DNA of 50,494 nt from Candidatus Eiseniibacteriota bacterium. GTDB lineage: Bacteria; Eisenbacteria; RBG-16-71-46. Of this stretch, positions 32,279 to 40,198 are shown one piece after another. The stretch is from the NCBI GenBank assembly GCA_031364845.1, contig JANLWX010000058.1, forward strand, positions 1 through 50,494, given 5' to 3'. The translations under genes were made by a program, and so were the position numbers. How positions within the stretch are numbered: the stretch's first letter is position 1; every line of letters begins with the position of its first letter. Below the pieces are notes generated by a model. It made no database searches. It was not told the origin of the DNA and worked only from the letters and a program-made list of their open reading frames with translations.

Positions 32279-34707
32279 TGAACACCCAATCCGTGAAGTC
32301 TCTGCTGAGCGTCGTGCTCGGGGCCGTGGCCCTGGTTCTGGCTCTCGGATGCGCCAAGGACAAGAATCCGATCCAGATCGAGAATCATCGTCCCGAAGTA
32401 CGGCTCACGTCGGCTCCGATCGACACGTCGAGTCTTTACTACTACTCCTACACGGTGAACTGGGTCGGGTTCGATCCCGACGGCCGGGTGGATCACTACC
32501 TCTACACGCTCGATCCGCAACTCCTGGCACCCGGCCAGGACACGGTCTGGGAGCGAACCGAAGACAACGAACGCCGGCTGTTTTTCAAGTCTTCCGAGCG
32601 CATCGAGGAAGCCGGCGGCCGGTTCATCGGCCGCGACTTCCACGTGTTCCTCATCAAGGCCGTCGACAATCAAGGCGCCGCCGGGCCCTACAACTCCCGC
32701 GCGTTCTACTCGTACACGGTGGCGCCCAACGTTCGCATCACGAACCCCAGGCCGGGCGCCTACGTATCGTTCGTCACGCCCTCGGTTCGAATTTCGTGGA
32801 ACGGCCAGGACCCGGATGGCGTGTTCACGACCAAGCCGGTCAAGTACAAGTACATCCTGCTCAACGCATCCTCCGCGTTCCCGAAGGATCTTGCGATCCA
32901 GCAGCCGGATTCGCTGCGGCGCTACTATGCCGTGTACTGGAAAGAGAATGGACTCGCAGGGCCATGGGCGGGGTGGGATTCGACCAGCGCAGAAACCACG
33001 CAGGTTCAATTCACCAACCTGACGCCGGGCACCGACTATGTCTTCACCGTGATCGGTTTCGACGAGGCCGGAGCTTATTCACCGCTGTTCTCGTTCACGA
33101 CCAACATGATCATCCTGCGCGTCGGTTTCGCCGCGGTGCTGGGGCCACGCATCACGATGTTCAACGAGTTTTTCAACTACACCTATTCCACTGGCGGATA
33201 CTGCCCGACCTGCGAGAGATCCATCGTCAAGGTCGAGGTCCCGGGCAATGAATTCATCAATGTGAACTGGTTCGCCGAAGCACCACCAGGCGCCGACATC
33301 CAATCGTATCGATGGGCGCTGGACATCGAGGACGTGTTCGACAACACGCCACGCACCAACGAGGGGACGGATCTTTCGCATTGGAGCAGTCCGAGCGCGG
33401 GTGTGACCTCCGCCCGGATCGGGCCGTTCCAGGGTGGCGAGGTGCATCTGTTCTACATCGAGGCGACCGACAACAACGGCCTCAAGAGTCTCGGCATCCT
33501 GCGCTTCACGATCGTCGTGGCGTCGTTCGAGAAGTCCATGCTGATCGTCGACGACACGCGGTTGCGCGCCGACATCGGAACCCGCGGACAGCCGTGCGTG
33601 GAACTCCCTTCGGGGCCGTGGCCCTCGGCCGCCGAGGCGGACACGTTCCTTTATGCACAGGGCGGCGTGCCCTGGCGCTGCTACCCGACAGGCACGGTGA
33701 CGCCCCGCGGCATCTTTGCCGGATATGATTTCGACACGCTCGGGACCCGCACCGGCAGAGCCGAACTGACCGTGCCGCTGTCGACGCTCGGGAAGTACCG
33801 GCACGTGATCTGGATGACGGACGGTTCGGGCGCGGCGAACGACCGGTCGGGTACGGATCCGGTCAATCCGGGAACCGCACTGCGCTGGATGGGTCGCCGA
33901 GGTGGCGTGAACACGCTCGCGGCGTACGTGAAACAGGGCGGCAAGGTGTGGACTGCCGGCGGCGGTGCAGCAGCCGCGGTGTCGATCGGATTCAACGACG
34001 CGACCAACGACAACGGCACGCTCACCTTCGACCGGAATGGCGCGCGCGGCGAGCTGGGGCCGGGCCGTTTCATGTTCGACATCGTGAAGTGGCAGTCGCA
34101 ATTCCAGGTCCGCAAGGCGGTCGCAAACATTTCGAGGAGCCTGGGCCGGTTCCGCAGCACGGCGCAGTACGCTGGATTCCCCGAGCGTCTCGAGGCGAAG
34201 ACTCCGGCAACCGATCCGCTCAGCGTCGAGGCGCCGACACGGCGATCGAGCAGTTTCTACCAGACCGGAGTCGAGATCGAGTATCTGAGTCTCGAGCACT
34301 TCATGATCGAGGACGTTGATCCCAATCCGGAACAGGTCGACGAGCAATCGACGCTCGATACGCTCTATCGCGTGCGCGCATCGACGCTGCAGGATCAGCA
34401 GCCCGATAGCACGGGTACGCCGCGGTGGGTGATCATGACGTACTACCACGGCCCGGCGCCCAAGAATCAGACCGCGGTCCACAGCGGATTCCCGCTCTAT
34501 TTCTTCAAGCGCGAGCAGTGCCAGCAACTCGTGGACCAGGTGCTGCAGGGGCTGTGGGGGCTCACCAGGACCGGCGTGGGCCCGGCGCCGGCTCGTTACT
34601 CGGCGGGTTTCACCTCAACACAGGACCCGGCACCGGCCGCTGCTTCCCGACGGGCGGTCCCGGTCGGCGCGGTGAAGCCGTGGTCGATCCGCAACGCTCG
34701 GGACTGA
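32275..34707 (+). CDS. Lipoprotein with three Ig/FnIII-like modules plus a C-terminal alpha/beta domain
   Basis: Lipobox LALG-C. Modules W.GFDPDG..FLIKAVDNQG, WNGQDPDG..FTVIGFDEAG, W..SYRWALD..FYIEATDNNG. Then LIVDDT..YRHVIWMTD..YVKQGGKVW. Overlaps the upstream stop codon; AGGAG RBS. Confidence 0.75.
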   Translation: MMNTQSVKSLLSVVLGAVALVLALGCAKDKNPIQIENHRPEVRLTSAPIDTSSLYYYSYTVNWVGFDPDGRVDHYLYTLDPQLLAPGQDTVWERTEDNERRLFFKSSERIEEAGGRFIGRDFHVFLIKAVDNQGAAGPYNSRAFYSYTVAPNVRITNPRPGAYVSFVTPSVRISWNGQDPDGVFTTKPVKYKYILLNASSAFPKDLAIQQPDSLRRYYAVYWKENGLAGPWAGWDSTSAETTQVQFTNLTPGTDYVFTVIGFDEAGAYSPLFSFTTNMIILRVGFAAVLGPRITMFNEFFNYTYSTGGYCPTCERSIVKVEVPGNEFINVNWFAEAPPGADIQSYRWALDIEDVFDNTPRTNEGTDLSHWSSPSAGVTSARIGPFQGGEVHLFYIEATDNNGLKSLGILRFTIVVASFEKSMLIVDDTRLRADIGTRGQPCVELPSGPWPSAAEADTFLYAQGGVPWRCYPTGTVTPRGIFAGYDFDTLGTRTGRAELTVPLSTLGKYRHVIWMTDGSGAANDRSGTDPVNPGTALRWMGRRGGVNTLAAYVKQGGKVWTAGGGAAAAVSIGFNDATNDNGTLTFDRNGARGELGPGRFMFDIVKWQSQFQVRKAVANISRSLGRFRSTAQYAGFPERLEAKTPATDPLSVEAPTRRSSSFYQTGVEIEYLSLEHFMIEDVDPNPEQVDEQSTLDTLYRVRASTLQDQQPDSTGTPRWVIMTYYHGPAPKNQTAVHSGFPLYFFKREQCQQLVDQVLQGLWGLTRTGVGPAPARYSAGFTSTQDPAPAAASRRAVPVGAVKPWSIRNARD

Positions 34708-34711
34708 TCGA

Positions 34712-35860
34712 ATGAATCGTATCGACGAAAGCAGGATGCTTCGACGGTCCGGAAACCTGGCGCGGGCGCTCATCGCCTGCGCCGGGTTGCTGGTTTCACT
34801 CATGGTGACCGGCACCGCGAGTGCTCAGATCGGCAACACGGAAGGCTGCGACTTCAACTACGCCTCGCGCGGCGAAGTGCGGCCGGTGTTCCCGAAGATT
34901 CCGATCTGCGCGTTCCCGGGCGCCTATCAGGACTCGAGCCTGGTGCGTCCGAACCGTTGCATCGGATCGTTCAAAGGACCGATGGCCGACAGCGTCCGCA
35001 CGGTGGGGCGCACGATCACGGTTCGGTTCCTCAGGGATCGCATCGCGGAAGCCCGGAATGACTTCGGCGGCTACCGGATCTACCGGGTTCAGAATTCTCC
35101 CGATTCCACACGCATGACCCTGATCCGCCGCTTCTCGAAGCAGGATTTCGAGGAACGCACCTGGCGTTTTTCGACGGTCGACACGGCCGCCAATTCGCTC
35201 ACCCCGCTGGCGTTCAAGTGCGACGGAGCCGTGGTGCACGACAGCATCGTCACGTTCATCGACCCGGATTCGAACGGCAACTTCGTCAAGGTGTGCCGGT
35301 TCGTCGATCGGTTCGATCGCTGCCTTTCGCGCGGCGACTCGGTGTTCAAGCTCGTCGCCCCGCCCGGTCCGCACGACGGATTCCAGACCTGGTATTCCAT
35401 CACGTACGAGCTCAAGAACTCGACGCTCGATGGCACCTACGACGAGATGTTCATTCCGGACACGCTCGGCGTGTGTGGAACACCCGGGGATCGCAGCACG
35501 TGTCGCAATCTCAACAACAAGCTCGCGAATCTCACGCCGGACCCGGTCGAGCCGAGTGCGGGGCCGACCGAGAACCTCGAGCGTGTCGGCGTGGTGCCCA
35601 ATCCCTTCCGAGGCCGCGAAGCCTGGGACCGGGGATCGAACGAGCTGCACTTCATCAATTTGCCCGCGCGGGCCACGATCAAGATCTACACGGTGTCCGG
35701 AGACCTCGTGACCGAGATCGATCATGCCGACCCGGTTCGTGACTTCGCGCGCTGGGACCTGCGGAACCAGAGTGGCCTGGACATCGCGTCCGGCATCTAC
35801 GTTTACCGGATCGAGGCGGGCACGTTCACGTTCCAGGACCGCTTCGTCGTCATTCGCTGA
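34712..35860 (+). CDS. Secreted Cys-containing protein with T9SS-type C-terminal domain
   Basis: Signal peptide ending TASA (start possibly ATG 34736). DFGGYRIYR motif. CTD VVPNPF..FINLP..TIKIYTVSGDLV..WDLRNQSG..IASGIYVY..RFVVIR. Confidence 0.78.
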   Translation: MNRIDESRMLRRSGNLARALIACAGLLVSLMVTGTASAQIGNTEGCDFNYASRGEVRPVFPKIPICAFPGAYQDSSLVRPNRCIGSFKGPMADSVRTVGRTITVRFLRDRIAEARNDFGGYRIYRVQNSPDSTRMTLIRRFSKQDFEERTWRFSTVDTAANSLTPLAFKCDGAVVHDSIVTFIDPDSNGNFVKVCRFVDRFDRCLSRGDSVFKLVAPPGPHDGFQTWYSITYELKNSTLDGTYDEMFIPDTLGVCGTPGDRSTCRNLNNKLANLTPDPVEPSAGPTENLERVGVVPNPFRGREAWDRGSNELHFINLPARATIKIYTVSGDLVTEIDHADPVRDFARWDLRNQSGLDIASGIYVYRIEAGTFTFQDRFVVIR

Positions 35861-35866
35861 CGGTCA

Positions 35867-35889
35867 GGGCCCGCCGCCGCGGCGGGCCC
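35867..35889 (+). repeat. GC-rich hairpin at the end of the surface cluster
   Basis: GGGCCCGCCG-ccg-CGGCGGGCCC with no U tract. Confidence 0.5.
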
Positions 35890-35898
35890 ATTGGCCCC

Positions 35899-36915
35899 GT
35901 GCCCGCCATGCATCTCGAGGTGAGTGTCGTCGTGTGGCGGGGCAGCATCGCCGAATCCCGGCATGACGTGCAGGTCGCGCTGAGCGATCCCGACGGTGCG
36001 GTGGCCACGGATGATCTCGTCACCACGCTCCGTTCGGCCGCGAAGCCGTTCCAGCTCGTGCCGCTGGTCGAGCGCGGGCACGCGGAGCGCTGGGGCTGGT
36101 CCGACGAGCAACTCGCGGTCATGGCCGCTTCGCACAGCGGCAGTGCCTACCACGTCGGTCTCGTGCGCGGAATTCTCGAGCGCATCGGATGCACCGACGA
36201 CGACTTCGCATGCGGCGATCACGACGTGTTCGACCCCGAATCGCGTGCGCACCTCGCCGCACATCCGGACGATCGTTCGCCGATCTACAACAACTGTTCC
36301 GGCAAGCACGCCGGCATGTTGTGCCTGGCGAAGAGCGAGGGCTGGCCGCTCAAAGGTTACGAACTGCCCGAGCATCCGCTCCAGCAATTGATGCACCGCA
36401 CCGCTGCGGAAATCTGCGGCCTCGAAGTGCCGGCGGTTGCGACCGCGATCGATGGCTGCAATATCCCCGTGTTCGCGATGCCGCTCGGTGCGATGGCGCG
36501 CGGCTACGCGCGGCTTGCGACCGCAGCCGTTGGCCTGGTGCCGCGCGAGCGCGCGCGCGCGCGCAGCCGCTCGGCCAGGACCGCGCAACCGGACGCGACC
36601 GACGGCGCCGGACGATTCAACACGACGCTGATGCAAGTCACGGGTGGGCGCATCCTCGCCAAGGGCGGAGCCGAGGGCCTTGAGTGCATCGCCATCACCT
36701 CGCGCGGCATGGGCCTCGCCCTGAAGTGCGAAGACGGCGAGACGCGCGGTGTGGTGCCGGCTACCGTCGCGGTGCTCGAACACCTGGGAGAACTCTCGCC
36801 CTCAGAGGCCGCGGAACTTGCAGCGTTTCGCCGGCCCCAGGTCCGCAATCATGTCGGCCGCACCACCGGGTTCCTCGAAGCGCGCGTGCACGCGGGCGCG
36901 CCTGTCGCGGGATAG
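35899..36915 (+). CDS. L-asparaginase II (Rhizobium AnsA-type, class 3)
   Basis: RSAAKPFQ, ASHSG, NNCSGKHAGM, HPLQ, DGC..P, AKGGAEG, KCEDG. Start at 35899 or 35908. Confidence 0.88.
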   Translation: MPAMHLEVSVVVWRGSIAESRHDVQVALSDPDGAVATDDLVTTLRSAAKPFQLVPLVERGHAERWGWSDEQLAVMAASHSGSAYHVGLVRGILERIGCTDDDFACGDHDVFDPESRAHLAAHPDDRSPIYNNCSGKHAGMLCLAKSEGWPLKGYELPEHPLQQLMHRTAAEICGLEVPAVATAIDGCNIPVFAMPLGAMARGYARLATAAVGLVPRERARARSRSARTAQPDATDGAGRFNTTLMQVTGGRILAKGGAEGLECIAITSRGMGLALKCEDGETRGVVPATVAVLEHLGELSPSEAAELAAFRRPQVRNHVGRTTGFLEARVHAGAPVAG

Positions 36916-36918
36916 CCG

Positions 36919-38793
36919 ATGCATCGCCTGGGAGTGCGACACCCGGTCACCGCAGCGACGCGCGCTCGCCCACGGTCCGGCATCCTCCGCGGCCTGTGTG
37001 CGCTGGCATGTGCCGCGTTCAGCGCATTCATCGTCCTCGCACCGCCCGAGGCTCGCGCTGGCGACATCGATCCGCGCCTCGTCCCGTTGCTCACGGAACC
37101 CGCCGCGCCGGCCGCGGTGTGGGTGACGTTCCGCGACAAGGGCGCACATGGCCCCGAACTCGAAGCGTTGCTCGCGCGCGCCGCGGTCGATCTATCGCCG
37201 CGCAATCGCGCCCGCCGATTGAAGGCGCGCGTCGATCCGCTGGTCGACGTCGCGGACGTGCCGGTCGCACCCGCCTACCTCGCGGAACTCGCGGCACAGG
37301 GCTTCGGGGCACGCGCGGTTTCGCGCTGGCTCAACCGCGCCGCGGTGTTCGCTTCGGGGTCCCGGCTGCGGCAGCTCGCGGCACTGCCGTTCGTCGCGCG
37401 TGTGAGTCCGGTGTCGCGCGCGCGCGTCGATCACGCGCCGCTTCAGCCAGACAGGGCGCTCGAGAGATCCGCAACTCCGCGAACGGAGGCCGCGGGCGCG
37501 CAGGGGATCGGGGTGATCGATCACGGAGCGCTCGAAACGGCGCTGCGGCAGATCAACGTTCCCGCGCTCCACGACTCGGGCTACATCGGAACCGGCGTGC
37601 TCGTGTGTCTGCTCGATGCGGGCTTCAGCTGGCACGACCGGCACGAGGCGCTGGCCGGCAAAATCATCGCGCCCGGCCACCGCCGCGACTTCGTCGATGG
37701 CGACACGACCGTGACCGACACGACGATCGGTTTCTTCCTCACGCACGGAACGCAGGTGATGGGCTGCATCACGGGCAACAAGCCGGGGGTCTACGTCGGA
37801 TCCGGCTACGGCGCCGACTTCGCGCTCGCGCGCACCGAGAACGACTTCGAGGAACGGCCGGTCGAGATGCTGTGGTGGGGGATGGGAGCCGAATGGGCCG
37901 ACAGCCTCGGCGCCGACATCATTTCCTCGTCGCTCGGATACAACACGTTCAACGACGGCATCGGCGATTACACCTACGCGGACATGAACGGCCACACCAC
38001 CGACATTTCCCGCGCCGCCCAGATCGCGGCCAGCAAGGGGATCCTGGTGGTGACCTCGGTCGGGAACACCGGCAACACGGGCTGGCACTTCCTGCTCGCC
38101 CCGGCCGACGTGAACGGTGACAGCCTGATCGCGGTCGGTGCGGTCGACGCCTCCGGCGCGGTCGCCGGCTTCTCCGCTTACGGGCCGACCGCCGATGGGC
38201 GGATCAAGCCCGATCTGCTCGCCGCGGGCGTGAATTTACCCATCGTGGGCACCGGGCGCGGGCCTTCGGGCTATGATCCGGCGTCCTACGGAACCGCCAC
38301 GGGCACATCGCTGTCGACGCCGCTGGTGGCGGGTCTTGCCGCGTGCCTCATGCAGGCCCGTCCGGCATGGACGCCGAAGGAAGTGATCGCGGCACTGCGC
38401 TCCACGGCATCGCGGTCGGCGCGCCCGGACAACCACGGGGGCTACGGAATTCCGAATGGTCTCGTGGCGCTGCGCGGGCTCACCGCACCCGGCGGCACCC
38501 GGGTGCAACTGGCACTGCGCGGGCCGAACCCGCGCGCGGCGTTGGATGTGACGTCGGTGGTGTTCGCTCTCGCGGCCGATGCCGCGCCGGGTTCGGGGCG
38601 CGTGCGGGTGTTCGATGTTCGGGGCCGCGTGGTGCGCGGACTGTGGAGTGGAGCGCTGGAACCCGGCCAGGCGGTGCAGGTGGCGTGGGATGGAACGGAC
38701 GACGCCGGGCGGTCGGTATTGCCCGGGATGTACTGGATCGAGTTGGAATCCGGCGGCGAAGTCGCCGCGGAACGCGTCATCCATCTGCGTTGA
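36919..38793 (+). CDS. Secreted subtilisin-like serine protease (S8) with FlgD-Ig/T9SS-type CTD
   Basis: Catalytic triad LLDAGF, HGTQV, GTSLSTPLVAG. Oxyanion SVGN; IKPDL. CTD PNP..VFDVRGRVV..WDGTDDAG..GMYW. Confidence 0.9.
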   Translation: MHRLGVRHPVTAATRARPRSGILRGLCALACAAFSAFIVLAPPEARAGDIDPRLVPLLTEPAAPAAVWVTFRDKGAHGPELEALLARAAVDLSPRNRARRLKARVDPLVDVADVPVAPAYLAELAAQGFGARAVSRWLNRAAVFASGSRLRQLAALPFVARVSPVSRARVDHAPLQPDRALERSATPRTEAAGAQGIGVIDHGALETALRQINVPALHDSGYIGTGVLVCLLDAGFSWHDRHEALAGKIIAPGHRRDFVDGDTTVTDTTIGFFLTHGTQVMGCITGNKPGVYVGSGYGADFALARTENDFEERPVEMLWWGMGAEWADSLGADIISSSLGYNTFNDGIGDYTYADMNGHTTDISRAAQIAASKGILVVTSVGNTGNTGWHFLLAPADVNGDSLIAVGAVDASGAVAGFSAYGPTADGRIKPDLLAAGVNLPIVGTGRGPSGYDPASYGTATGTSLSTPLVAGLAACLMQARPAWTPKEVIAALRSTASRSARPDNHGGYGIPNGLVALRGLTAPGGTRVQLALRGPNPRAALDVTSVVFALAADAAPGSGRVRVFDVRGRVVRGLWSGALEPGQAVQVAWDGTDDAGRSVLPGMYWIELESGGEVAAERVIHLR

Positions 38794-38869
38794 TCATTCG
38801 CGATGGAAACGGCCAATGGCGCTGGAAACACCTCGGGACGCGCCACCCGCGACGAAAGGAAGACCGGGA

Positions 38870-40198
38870 ATGAAGTACGGCATCATCGTTGTTGCGGTTT
38901 GGACTCATCTTGCGGTGGCCACGGGTGCGTTCGCAGCCCTGCCGCCCGTCGAAACCACGACGCTCAAAAACGGATTGCGTGTCGTCCTGGCTCCCGACCC
39001 GGACGCGCAGGCGGCCGATGTCGCGGTGTGGTACGCGACCGGATCCCGCTTCGAGAAGCCGGGCCGCTCCGGCATCACGCATCTGTTCGAGCGCCTGATG
39101 TTCCACGGCACCGAGGCGGCAGGTGCCGACGACTACCGCCGTCTGCTGCTGTCCGAAGGTGCCACCGTCAACACGATGACCACGCCCGACTACACCAGCT
39201 TCTTCGCGACCGTGCCCACCAGCGCGGTCGAGCTCGCGTTGCGGCTCGAAGCCGAGCGCATGTCGAAGCTGCGCATCACCGCGGCCGAAGTCGAGACCGA
39301 GCGCGCCTTCGTGCTCGGCGAACGCCGCATGTTCCTCGATATGAATCCGGTCGGGCGCGGCGTCGAGAAACTCTACGCGACCGCGTTTCCGGGCCACGGC
39401 TATGGCCGGCCCGTGATCGGCGTCGAGGCGGATCTCTCGCGCATCACGCTCGACGATGCGCTCGAGTATTACCGTGACCACTATGCGCCCGGCAACGCCG
39501 TGATCACCGTCGTCGGCCGGTTCGAACCGCGCGCCACGCTCGCCGCGATCCGCCGCCACTTCGAGTCCCTTCCGCGTCGCGGCGCGGTCGTGAGCCGCCC
39601 GGCGCCGCCCGGCGCCCCGCAGCCCCGCGCGGCGGACCGCATCCCGGGCCGCACGCCGTTGATGGTCGCGGGCTGGCGCGCGCCGGTGAGCTCGGATCCT
39701 TCGAGCCCCGCGCTGGAGTTGCTGGTGCGTGTTCTCTCGATCAATGCGCAGGGTCCGCTCGGTGGCAACCGGTTCGTGCAGACGCGCGTCGGGTTCGATG
39801 CGCGCCACGAGGGTTCCCTCTTCTACACCGTCTCGATGACGCGGTCCGCTTCGGACTCGGCCGCTGCCGAGTCCGACATGGTCCAGGCCATCGAGTCGCT
39901 CACGAGCACTCCGATACCGGCCGAAAATCTCGACCGCGCGAAGAAAGAGCTTCAGCTCAAGTGGCTGATGGACCAACAGACGGTCCGTGGCCGCGCGCGG
40001 GTTCTGGGCGAGGCGTTGCTCGTCGATGGCGACACGCGTTCGATCGAGCGCCGGATGGACGCGATCCGCAACCTGACCGCCGACGACATCATGGCGGTCG
40101 CGCAGAAGGTATTCCGGCCCGAAGGCCGCACGGTCGTGTGGCTGATGCCGAGCGGCTCGGCGACGCCCGCCACTCTGGATGAAGGAGATGCGCGATGA
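38870..40198 (+). CDS. Exported M16 (pitrilysin) peptidase-like protein with degenerate HxxEH
   Basis: Signal peptide ending AFA. LKNGLRV, GSRFE..GITHLFERLMF.GT, HGYGRPVIG, YAPGNA. Start at ATG 38870. Confidence 0.85.
   Translation: MKYGIIVVAVWTHLAVATGAFAALPPVETTTLKNGLRVVLAPDPDAQAADVAVWYATGSRFEKPGRSGITHLFERLMFHGTEAAGADDYRRLLLSEGATVNTMTTPDYTSFFATVPTSAVELALRLEAERMSKLRITAAEVETERAFVLGERRMFLDMNPVGRGVEKLYATAFPGHGYGRPVIGVEADLSRITLDDALEYYRDHYAPGNAVITVVGRFEPRATLAAIRRHFESLPRRGAVVSRPAPPGAPQPRAADRIPGRTPLMVAGWRAPVSSDPSSPALELLVRVLSINAQGPLGGNRFVQTRVGFDARHEGSLFYTVSMTRSASDSAAAESDMVQAIESLTSTPIPAENLDRAKKELQLKWLMDQQTVRGRARVLGEALLVDGDTRSIERRMDAIRNLTADDIMAVAQKVFRPEGRTVVWLMPSGSATPATLDEGDAR

Noticed and set aside
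25571..35860. Horizontally acquired island or prophage
   Set aside because: No integrase, transposase, flanking tRNA, direct repeats or phage genes. Promoters match the style seen elsewhere in the window.
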